The notes below the pieces were generated by a model. It was not told the origin of the DNA, ran no database searches, and saw only the letters and a list, made by a program, of their open reading frames with translations. A program made the position numbers and the translations under genes. A stretch of 20,000 nucleotides of DNA from positions 115,816-135,815 of IMG/VR virus record IMGVR_UViG_3300028886_001624. One strand, 5' to 3'. Positions within the stretch are counted from its first letter, which is position 1. Each line of letters starts with the position of its first letter. This stretch comes from an uncultured virus (IMG/VR IMGVR_UViG_3300028886_001624) (lineage: Duplodnaviria; Heunggongvirae; Uroviricota; Caudoviricetes). Shown here piece by piece: positions 1 to 6,177 of the stretch.

Positions 1-111
1 TATGCCCTTCTTAATAATTACTCATGGGATTGGGTTACAGATGGCATCTATTACAAGAAGATGTACGAAACTGGAATCGACATCGATTTTGACAAGTTAA
101 TAGAAGAATAA
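1..111 (+). CDS. 3' end of a hypothetical protein (partial, runs off window)
   Basis: Frame 1 open from base 1 (YALLNNYSWDWVTDGIYYKKMYETGIDIDFDKLIEE) to TAA at 109-111, co-oriented with downstream genes. Confidence 0.7.
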   Translation, partial: YALLNNYSWDWVTDGIYYKKMYETGIDIDFDKLIEE

Positions 112-137
112 ACAATTATTAAATAAAAAGTAAACAA

Positions 138-488
138 ATGAACAAAGAATTATTAACGGTCGAGTTTCGTTATCACGTCATTCCAAAATCAGAATATGAT
201 TCCGACTTTGAGTCAAAAGAAGTTACGATTGGAGTGTATGAAACGCTCGATGAGGCTATAAAAGAAGGAAACAATGTCCTTAAAAAATTATCTTCAAGAT
301 TTAAGTTTCGTGAATCATTTGGCACTCATAATGGCGTGTTTGGTTCTCCCACACGACTTGTTTGTGACTGCTTCAATGGCTATCCGCAAGTGTTCTGCAA
401 AATAACGCAACTAAAATATGACAATATAAATAATGTTGCGAACGTGGCTTTTGACAATGAGGAAAAATATCGTAAATGGTGTGTATAA
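138..488 (+). CDS. hypothetical phage protein (116 aa)
   Basis: ATG after A-rich leader, tight packing with neighbours. Confidence 0.8.
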   Translation: MNKELLTVEFRYHVIPKSEYDSDFESKEVTIGVYETLDEAIKEGNNVLKKLSSRFKFRESFGTHNGVFGSPTRLVCDCFNGYPQVFCKITQLKYDNINNVANVAFDNEEKYRKWCV

Positions 489-503
489 GTTAAAAACAAA
501 ATT

Positions 504-710
504 ATGATTGCAAGAATTACATTCCGAAGCGAAGTTTACGTTGAAGGCGATAATATCGAAGATATTGCAAGGAAATGGGAAGGTATGGAACTTTACTCCG
601 CTGAAGCAAACAAGGGAATGGTATCACTATCCCCGGCCGAGTTTGTTGAACTTGACAAAGTAGAAGATGAAAATTATAACGACATCACAGATGAATTTAA
701 GAGAAAATAA
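504..710 (+). CDS. small acidic hypothetical protein (68 aa)
   Basis: A-rich leader AAAAACAAAATT-ATG; followed directly by a terminator. Confidence 0.8.
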   Translation: MIARITFRSEVYVEGDNIEDIARKWEGMELYSAEANKGMVSLSPAEFVELDKVEDENYNDITDEFKRK

Positions 711-712
711 GT

Positions 713-741
713 GGTGGGGGAGAAATCCTCCACCTTTTTAT
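713..741 (+). terminator. intrinsic terminator
   Basis: GGTGGGGG-AGAAAT-CCTCCACC followed by TTTTTAT right after the stop at 710. Confidence 0.8.
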
Positions 742-743
742 TT

Positions 744-826
744 AAAATAATTTGATTTTTATTTCGTCATTTCAAAACTTTTGGGTACTTTTGCAATGTC
801 AAACAAATAAAAACAATAAGATTATG
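744..826 (+). promoter_or_regulatory. repeated promoter/RBS cassette, copy 1
   Basis: TTCG(763-766)-N19-TACTTTTG(786-793) matches the Bacteroidota -33/-7 layout; followed by CAATGTCAAACAAATAAAAACAATAAGATT-ATG. Confidence 0.85.
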
Positions 827-1159
827 GAAGAAATAATTAAACTTCAAGAAGAAATTGACAAGAAGCAATGTAAGGTTAGAAAAGGCTGTATTGAATACCT
901 TAAAAGAGCCACCGAAAAAGTTGGTGGAACAATCTGCATGGATGATGAGGAAGACGTAGTTATGGTAGCCTATGATGGTGGACGTCACCCGGAATATGAC
1001 AGCAATTTGTATTCAGCGGTAGAAAGCGTTTTTCTCAAAGATGGTAAACTCTACCTTAGCATAGAGGACTGCGATGAGTATGAGATTGACCGCGTAAGTA
1101 GCGATGAAGTCTATGCCGTTGCCTTGTTCGTTTACGGCATGCTTAACGAAAATGCCTAA
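824..1159 (+). CDS. acidic hypothetical protein (111 aa; true start 824 rather than 752)
   Basis: ATG at 824 ends the conserved cassette; the upstream extension is cassette DNA. Confidence 0.8.
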   Translation: MEEIIKLQEEIDKKQCKVRKGCIEYLKRATEKVGGTICMDDEEDVVMVAYDGGRHPEYDSNLYSAVESVFLKDGKLYLSIEDCDEYEIDRVSSDEVYAVALFVYGMLNENA

Positions 1160-1165
1160 TAGAAA

Positions 1166-1198
1166 TACTTTTGCAATGTCAAACAAATAAAGATTATG
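1166..1198 (+). promoter_or_regulatory. 5'-truncated copy of the promoter/RBS cassette
   Basis: TACTTTTGCAATGTCAAACAAATAAAGATT-ATG; lacks the upstream half. Confidence 0.75.
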
Positions 1199-1855
1199 AA
1201 AACAAAAAATGATTCAAGGACAAAGAGAAGGGTTGTCGAAACCTACAAGGGATTTGACATCATAAAGGTAATTGTTGAGTATTTTCATAAATCCTTCTAC
1301 GGCTATGAGTATGATGATGATTGGGTAGATAGAAGGACTGTTTACTTTGACTTCTGCAAGGAAGGAGAGGGCAAGAAGTCAAGCCAAGCATATTCGGTAT
1401 ATGCAAAGAACATTTCAGATTGCAAGGAATGTATTGACAAGTTCATCGAGGATGATTCCTTGTACTTCACAGATGAGGAAGTAAGGAAGTATGTAACAAA
1501 GCCGAACCATGATTGCGGTTGGGCTTATGGGTACGACTCATTGATGAAACTCATGAAGCAGCACCAAAAGGCTGATAAGCGAATGAAACGGCTTATTGAG
1601 GATAGGCTATCCGATGCTAACTTTCATTCCGAGGCTGGTTTCCTCTCGCAAGAAGATTATGTAGGTTTCACTGATTTGGTAAGAAAAACCTACAAGTTCT
1701 GTGAGAAGTTTGAAATCTATACTGAAACAATGGGAAAGAGGATTGACAATCCCAAAGGGCTTGAAGAAGGCTTGAAGATGGTTATCAATGACTTTCTTAA
1801 AAAACGAGGCATAGAAGATACGGACGTTAAGGTCAATTTTGTGGAAAATTGGTGA
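1196..1855 (+). CDS. hypothetical phage protein (219 aa)
   Basis: Long ORF between cassette and terminator. Confidence 0.85.
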   Translation: MKTKNDSRTKRRVVETYKGFDIIKVIVEYFHKSFYGYEYDDDWVDRRTVYFDFCKEGEGKKSSQAYSVYAKNISDCKECIDKFIEDDSLYFTDEEVRKYVTKPNHDCGWAYGYDSLMKLMKQHQKADKRMKRLIEDRLSDANFHSEAGFLSQEDYVGFTDLVRKTYKFCEKFEIYTETMGKRIDNPKGLEEGLKMVINDFLKKRGIEDTDVKVNFVENW

Positions 1856-1885
1856 GTGGAGCAATCCACCACCATTTTTTTTTTT
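1850..1885 (+). terminator. intrinsic terminator
   Basis: TGGTGAGTGGA-GCAA-TCCACCACCA (GNRA loop, one bulge) plus a long T run. Confidence 0.85.
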
Positions 1886-1886
1886 G

Positions 1887-1971
1887 AAAATAATTCTATT
1901 TTTATTTCGTCAATTCAAAAAGTTTTGGTACTTTTACATTGTCAAACAAATAAAAACAAATAAAGATTATG
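1887..1971 (+). promoter_or_regulatory. repeated promoter/RBS cassette (-7 box variant TACTTTTA)
   Basis: AAAATAATTCTATTTTTATTTCG...CAAAAAGTTTTGGTACTTTTACATTGTCAAACAAATAAAAACAAATAAAGATT-ATG. Confidence 0.8.
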
Positions 1972-2283
1972 AAAAGAACAACTAACATTAGGATTGAATC
2001 ATTCGACCTATCACGAGAGCAGCATGATATGGCGGTTGAAATGGTCGTGAATGACAAGCGCAAGGTAGCCTCTTACACCTTGGAAGAGGTGGATGGCGAA
2101 ATGGCTAATGTATGGATTTCCGAAGCCCATTCCGAGGGCAATACAGATTATGCGGAGTTCCTTCGCAAAGCCATTGCTGAGAACGCAGAACTTTACACCC
2201 TCACAGACCATTTAGGTGGGTTTGCACAGCCTATCGGTGAGGTGGCAGCATTTCAGAAGCAGTATTTCACAATTGATATTTAA
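1969..2283 (+). CDS. hypothetical protein (104 aa)
   Basis: ATG at end of cassette. Confidence 0.8.
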   Translation: MKRTTNIRIESFDLSREQHDMAVEMVVNDKRKVASYTLEEVDGEMANVWISEAHSEGNTDYAEFLRKAIAENAELYTLTDHLGGFAQPIGEVAAFQKQYFTIDI

Positions 2284-2289
2284 TGGCAT

Positions 2290-2457
2290 ATGTTTACTCT
2301 ATTCACATTACTTTTAATCATTTATTGGTTATCCATATCGATAATTGAAGACGGTTTTGAATACACTTGCAAGGAGTATCTTAAAGGGTTAATTATGATG
2401 CTATTGTTTGCTATGGCCGTTGATGGGTTCTTCATAGTAATATCACATCTGTTATAA
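2290..2457 (+). CDS. small two-TM membrane protein (55 aa; not in ORF track)
   Basis: MFTLFTLLLIIYWLSISIIEDGFEYTCKEYLKGLIMMLLFAMAVDGFFIVISHLL*; exactly fills the gap between 2283 and 2460. Confidence 0.7.
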   Translation: MFTLFTLLLIIYWLSISIIEDGFEYTCKEYLKGLIMMLLFAMAVDGFFIVISHLL

Positions 2458-2459
2458 TC

Positions 2460-2897
2460 ATGGAAAAGAAAGCATTTTATAATAAGTTGTCCGGCACTCG
2501 CTATGAGATAGTGGATAGCGCATGGATAGACAAAGATACATTCGTCATTGTCTTTCAAGATATGAAAGACATAGATGGTGACACGTTCCATTTCGAGGCT
2601 GAATACCATAAGGACGAACAAAAGGTGACATTCTGCTTGGTATATGAGAATCAAGTGTTAAGCGGAGAGGACTGCATCCCAACCTCAATAAAGAGAGAGA
2701 TTGAGGAATATATGCTAAAGCAATTAGATGTGGTCAAGGGGATGCTTATAAAGCATAATATTACGCTTGAATTGTCGCTTGACATTGACGAAAACTTGAC
2801 AATGGATGAATTAAGGGCATATCTTAATACCTTGGACATAGATGTGAAGGGTTATGGTGACAAAGTGAATTGCATAGGAGTTAAACGAATAAATTAG
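2460..2897 (+). CDS. hypothetical protein (145 aa)
   Basis: ORF coupled to the preceding small gene. Confidence 0.8.
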   Translation: MEKKAFYNKLSGTRYEIVDSAWIDKDTFVIVFQDMKDIDGDTFHFEAEYHKDEQKVTFCLVYENQVLSGEDCIPTSIKREIEEYMLKQLDVVKGMLIKHNITLELSLDIDENLTMDELRAYLNTLDIDVKGYGDKVNCIGVKRIN

Positions 2898-2920
2898 GCG
2901 GATTTTATGATGATTGAAGC

Positions 2921-3007
2921 AAAAATAATTCTGTTTTTGTTTCGGTAATCCAAAAAGTTTGGGTACTTTTGCATTGTCAAACAATTTAAAAACAAATAAA
3001 GATTATG
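2921..3007 (+). promoter_or_regulatory. repeated promoter/RBS cassette
   Basis: TTTCG...CCAAAAAGTTTGGG-TACTTTTG(2964-2971)CATTGTCAAACAATTTAAAAACAAATAAAGATT-ATG. Confidence 0.85.
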
Positions 3008-3709
3008 GAATACAAAGACATTGCACCCGTTGTTAAACATGATTATGCAAAGCCATATAGGGTCAAGTACGCAAACGGAAAGACAGCCATTGTGCGCCTT
3101 TGGCTTGCATCTAACGGATTGGTAGCCAAGTTGGCTAAAGGGAGAAAGGTACACGGCTATGTGCTTGGTTATTACGACTACAAGGATTGGGTGTCGTTGA
3201 AGGCAGTGGAGAAGAAGCCGACAAGCACGTTCACCCTCATGAAGAAAAGGGCAACAGATGCCTTGAAGTATCTCACACAGAGCGGAATGTGGCCTTCAAT
3301 TAAGAAGGAGATAGAACATTTCCTTTCCGATGATGCCATCATACAAGCCGTAGCCGATGCCATTGACAAGGATTCATACGAGTCTTTCTACAAGGAATGC
3401 TACGAGAACGGGAAATTCCCATGGTGTCACACCACACAAGTGTTCGAATCCTTTGCCGCCAAAAGATGTTGGCAGTCTATCCCATATCAAAGGTGGGAAA
3501 GGGAAAGGATGAACCAAAGAATAAGTAATGCCATTGAGGATAGGCAAGACTTCAGTTACCGTTGGACTAACGGCTATGACAATACAATAGAGATTAGCGG
3601 TGGCGAAGAACTAAGGGGATGGCTATCATGTGAATACAGAGGCTGCGGAAACGGACATTACTACCTTCTATTTGATGCTACCCATGCCATCTTCTACGAG
3701 GACGATTGA
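3005..3709 (+). CDS. hypothetical phage protein (234 aa) with C-terminal EYRGCGNGHYYL motif
   Basis: Long ORF after cassette; Gly/Cys/aromatic-rich C-terminal motif looks conserved; function unknown. Confidence 0.85.
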   Translation: MEYKDIAPVVKHDYAKPYRVKYANGKTAIVRLWLASNGLVAKLAKGRKVHGYVLGYYDYKDWVSLKAVEKKPTSTFTLMKKRATDALKYLTQSGMWPSIKKEIEHFLSDDAIIQAVADAIDKDSYESFYKECYENGKFPWCHTTQVFESFAAKRCWQSIPYQRWERERMNQRISNAIEDRQDFSYRWTNGYDNTIEISGGEELRGWLSCEYRGCGNGHYYLLFDATHAIFYEDD

Positions 3710-3741
3710 AAAGTAATTAAAAATAGATTAATAATAAAAAG

Positions 3742-4014
3742 ATGAACAAAGATATTGAAAGAATAAAGGGTATTGTGCTCTCGAAAGGGAGCACAGACCC
3801 AAAAGGCGGCAGGGTGCTCAAACTAGAGGCCGGAAAGGTTACGGTACTATCGAGGGCCAAAGAAAGACTTTATCCCGTGGCCCTGCGCGTATACCAAGAA
3901 GAATTGCAAGTGGTTTTCGTTAATAAGAGAAAGAGATTCTTTTCCTATCCATTGCTATCACTGCAAAGTGATGCTCCTAAGTTATTCGAAAAGGTCATAT
4001 CCGTCTTTTGTTAA
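3742..4014 (+). CDS. basic hypothetical protein (90 aa)
   Basis: A-rich leader, co-oriented. Confidence 0.75.
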   Translation: MNKDIERIKGIVLSKGSTDPKGGRVLKLEAGKVTVLSRAKERLYPVALRVYQEELQVVFVNKRKRFFSYPLLSLQSDAPKLFEKVISVFC

Positions 4015-4039
4015 CAAATGTTAAAATGTTGGCAAATAT

Positions 4040-4077
4040 TTTGGATTGTCAAATATTTTATATATCTTTGCAATGTC
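4040..4077 (+). promoter_or_regulatory. Bacteroidota-type promoter driving the tandem ncRNA locus
   Basis: TTTG...TATCTTTG(4063-4070); 21 nt AATATTTTATATATCTTTGCA is identical to the tRNA-Pro promoter at 5188-5208. Confidence 0.8.
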
Positions 4078-4172
4078 TTGAAAAGGACGATAAAACATAA
4101 TTAAAGAACTCGGTTGCGGTGGACAACACGCCAAACTATAGTTAAGAGTTAGGGCATTTAAAAACCACCTTT

Positions 4173-4297
4173 TGGGAAGTACTAGAGGAGAACCATCTTG
4201 CAATCCTGCAAGGGTGGATGTAGACAAATAGGTATCAAGTTTGTGCTTGATATGTCGCCTACGGGCGGCTTCGGCGGTGCAAATCCGTCCTTCCCAA
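4173..4297 (+). ncRNA. tRNA-like structured RNA, copy 1 (125 nt)
   Basis: Acceptor-like TGGGAAG/CTTCCCA+A, TA linker, CTA/TAG stem enclosing an extra hairpin, 8-9 bp arm, UACG-capped variable arm, T-arm GGCGG-TGCAAAT-CCGTC. Confidence 0.8.
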
Positions 4298-4354
4298 CAA
4301 ATTTCTTGCGGTGGACAAGGACGGAATTAATCCGAAAAAAAACCACCTATCTTT

Positions 4355-4470
4355 TGGAAGATACCGGAGGAGAACTATCCGCAAGGGTAGATGTAGACAA
4401 ACGGGTATCAAGTATGTGCTTGATATGTCGCTTACGAGCGGCTTCGGCGGTGCAAATCCGCCTCTTCCAA
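4355..4470 (+). ncRNA. tRNA-like structured RNA, copy 2 (116 nt)
   Basis: TGGAAGA/TCTTCCA+A, TA, CCG/CGG, CTATCC-GCAA-GGGTAG, GTATCAAGT-ATGT-GCTTGATAT, GTCGCT-TACG-AGCGGC, GGCGG-TGCAAAT-CCGCC. Confidence 0.8.
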
Positions 4471-4489
4471 CACTTTTGTTTGACGCGAT

Positions 4490-4538
4490 GAGGGTTCGGC
4501 TTTTCTAAATCTTTACGGCCGAACCCTCTATTTTTATT
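4490..4538 (+). terminator. intrinsic terminator closing the ncRNA locus
   Basis: GAGGGTTCGGC...GCCGAACCCTC 11-bp stem followed by TATTTTTATT. Confidence 0.7.
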
Positions 4539-4567
4539 CAACCCCAATTGAAACATATATCACACCA

Positions 4568-4601
4568 TAAAAAAGAAGTGTGTCATAAAACACACTTCTT
4601 T
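4568..4601. terminator. probable bidirectional terminator
   Basis: AAAGAAGTGTGT-CATAAA-ACACACTTCTTT with an A run upstream; lies downstream of the minus gene ending at 4645. Confidence 0.7.
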
Positions 4602-4644
4602 CGCTTTCTGACGGCCTTTAACCATTGGGGCAATACTTTCCCGG

Positions 4645-4842
4645 TCACTTAATTCCAAGCCTCTTACATAACGCTTCAAGCATTCTATCCTTGATGCTTG
4701 CCACCTTCCAATTCTTTTCGTCCTTTCCGATTAAGATGTCTTTGACAATGAAGGACTTTAATTCTTGTTTTGTTTTAAACCCGCATTTGCGGCAGAACGA
4801 AGCACATTCCTCAATGAACTTGTTAAACTTCTCGTCATCCAT
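4645..4842 (-). CDS. small hypothetical protein (65 aa, MDDEKFNKF...; CxxxCxxC)
   Basis: Start at 4842 lies downstream of the minus-strand -7 box TATATTTG (4873-4880); terminator follows. Confidence 0.7.
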   Translation of the reverse strand: MDDEKFNKFIEECASFCRKCGFKTKQELKSFIVKDILIGKDEKNWKVASIKDRMLEALCKRLGIK

Positions 4843-4867
4843 ACACAGAAAAATATTTTTGGTTACA

Positions 4868-4950
4868 CAATGCAAATATATCAAAAATATTTCGGTATTC
4901 CAAACTTTTGGGGTACTTTTGTGATGTCAAATAAAATAATAACGATTATG
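4868..4950. promoter_or_regulatory. back-to-back divergent promoters
   Basis: Minus TATATTTG at 4873-4880 and plus cassette TTTCG...CCAAACTTTTGGGG-TACTTTTG (4914-4921). Confidence 0.75.
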
Positions 4951-5181
4951 GCAATAGATATTTCGAAACTACCATTGACTCAGTTAAGGAGTTTAAGGAA
5001 TTGCTGCTATAACTTGGTTATACGCAATCTAAGACAATGTCCGGAGGGCGATGAGAAATATAGGAAGATAAGAATACTCTTGTCACAATTCTATCTTGGT
5101 ATCGTTGCACAGAATGAGTTGCTTCAAGAATGTGTCGAACTCGGATGGATTAATGAAAAAAACATCACCCATTTCTTGTGA
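4948..5181 (+). CDS. hypothetical protein (77 aa, MAIDISKLP...; true start 4948)
   Basis: ATG at the end of a cassette-like leader (AACGATT-ATG). Confidence 0.7.
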   Translation: MAIDISKLPLTQLRSLRNCCYNLVIRNLRQCPEGDEKYRKIRILLSQFYLGIVAQNELLQECVELGWINEKNITHFL

Positions 5182-5187
5182 TTAAAG

Positions 5188-5212
5188 AATATTTTATATA
5201 TCTTTGCATTGT
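5188..5212 (+). promoter_or_regulatory. promoter of tRNA-Pro
   Basis: TATCTTTG at 5199-5206, 12 nt before the tRNA 5' end. Confidence 0.8.
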
Positions 5213-5218
5213 GACAAT

Positions 5219-5292
5219 CGGGGTGTAGCGCAGTTGGTTAGCGTGCTTGTTTTGGGAACAAGTGGTCGTGTGTTCGAGTCACACTACCCCGA
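5219..5292 (+). tRNA. trnP: tRNA-Pro (anticodon UGG), CCA not encoded
   Basis: CGGGGTG/TACCCCG acceptor, GCGC-AGTTGGTTA-GCGT D-arm, CTTGT-TTTGGGA-ACAAG anticodon arm, GTGTG-TTCGAGT-CACAC T-arm. Confidence 0.97.
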
Positions 5293-5330
5293 CATCTGCT
5301 TGAATCTATACTTGTATTTTCTACTACCAA

Positions 5331-5368
5331 ATTCCAACCGGCTGTGAAGTTAGTTGGAATTTTATTTT
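5331..5368 (+). terminator. terminator after tRNA
   Basis: AATTCCAACCGGCT-GTGA-AGTTAGTTGGAATT followed by TTATTTT. Confidence 0.75.
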
Positions 5369-5380
5369 ACCCATTTCCCA

Positions 5381-5578
5381 TATAGACTTAATTAAGTACA
5401 TAGAGGGGCGTACCACACCCATTCACCATTGTATCATTATTTATTATAGATTAATAATAATTTTCCCTTACAGATATTGCATATAAAAATTGTGCACCAC
5501 ACTTAAATTCATATGTGGTACACAATCCGTATAGTCCATTCCATATTACCTATGGACTTAATTAAGTACATAGAGGGG
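5381..5578. repeat. 28-bp direct repeat pair with palindromic core (5381-5408, 5551-5578); third degenerate copy at 6115-6134
   Basis: TAT(A/G)GACTTAATTAAGTACATAGAGGGG; core ACTTAATTAAGT is a perfect palindrome. Confidence 0.9.
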
Positions 5579-5641
5579 ACTTTGGAATGACGGATTCCAT
5601 TATATCCTCCGTCCATCATCACTTAATCACAATTTGACCCT

Positions 5642-5848
5642 CTAGCGACAATATGTGTCTATCCTTGTGTCATAGTGCTCATATCTAATCTTTTCACCCA
5701 ACAACCTAGCAACCTTCTTGCACTCCAATACATCTTCCCATTTGCATCCCATTGTTGTCCGGTAGCAGAATCCATCACGAAGCCAATCCACTGAATAGAT
5801 TTTAGTTTTTCTGACTATCTTTTTTTCATTTCCAATTATTTTTTTCAT
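5642..5848 (-). CDS. small basic hypothetical protein (68 aa)
   Basis: ORF downstream of the minus-strand cassette; TAG stop. Confidence 0.7.
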   Translation of the reverse strand: MKKIIGNEKKIVRKTKIYSVDWLRDGFCYRTTMGCKWEDVLECKKVARLLGEKIRYEHYDTRIDTYCR

Positions 5849-5934
5849 AGTTCGCTATGTTATTATATGATTATCTATTAATTTATTCATATATATTATC
5901 ATTATATTATGTATGCAACTAACTTCTAAGTCCA

Positions 5935-6015
5935 TCATGTGGAGCGTCCATCCTTTGCCGGAGGCAATTCCCCGGAATCCTTACACCATCCACATATTTC
6001 TATATTTTTCTTCAT
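5935..6015 (-). CDS. 26-aa ORF or gene remnant (MKKNIEICGWCKDSGELPPAKDGRST)
   Basis: First ATG after the minus-strand cassette promoter; very short. Confidence 0.35.
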   Translation of the reverse strand: MKKNIEICGWCKDSGELPPAKDGRST

Positions 6016-6029
6016 ATTCCTATCTAATT

Positions 6030-6086
6030 TCATTACAAAAGTACCCAAAAGTTTTGGAATATCGAAATAAAAATCAATTTATTTTT
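6030..6086 (-). promoter_or_regulatory. repeated promoter cassette, inverted copy
   Basis: Reverse complement AAAAATAAATTGATTTTTATTTCGATATTCCAAAACTTTTGGGTACTTTTGTAATG; -7 box at 6036-6043. Confidence 0.85.
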
Positions 6087-6141
6087 CCTCCCCCACAAAT
6101 GATAGTATTAATTCTATAGACTTAATAAAGTACAAGATAAT

Positions 6142-6176
6142 AAAAAAGGGACAACCTTCCGGCTATCCCTTTTTTT
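6142..6176. terminator. terminator for the 6178-6804 gene
   Basis: AAAAAAGGGA...TCCCTTTTTTT hairpin directly after the stop codon. Confidence 0.75.
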
Positions 6177-6177
6177 C

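Larger units (their letters stand above)
4114..4470 (+). repeat. tandem diverged duplication (units ~4114-4299 and ~4306-4472)
   Basis: Both units start TTGCGGTGGACAA and share AAAAACCACC, GAGGAGAA, ATGTAGACAAA, GTATCAAGTnTGTGCTTGATATGTCGC and GCGGCTTCGGCGGTGCAAATCCG. Confidence 0.95.

Noticed and set aside
752..823. N-terminal extensions of ORFs 752, 4765, 4884, 12248 and 13793
   Set aside because: They run through promoter elements or opposite-strand genes; downstream ATGs with A-rich leaders are better starts
4173..4470. Interpretation as tRNA-Sec, ordinary tRNA, tmRNA or c-di-GMP riboswitch
   Set aside because: No 7-nt anticodon loop or UCA in a loop; too short and no tag ORF for tmRNA; only superficial similarity to the GEMM P1 hairpin and no downstream regulated gene
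4021..4556. ORFs 4021-4227(-), 4198-4491(+), 4311-4508(+), 4347-4556(-)
   Set aside because: Non-ATG or poor start context, and the duplicated units differ by indels and pairing-preserving changes, which is the signature of RNA structure rather than coding
5381..5578. Mini-CRISPR from the 28-bp repeats
   Set aside because: Only two good copies separated by 142 bp, far longer than a spacer
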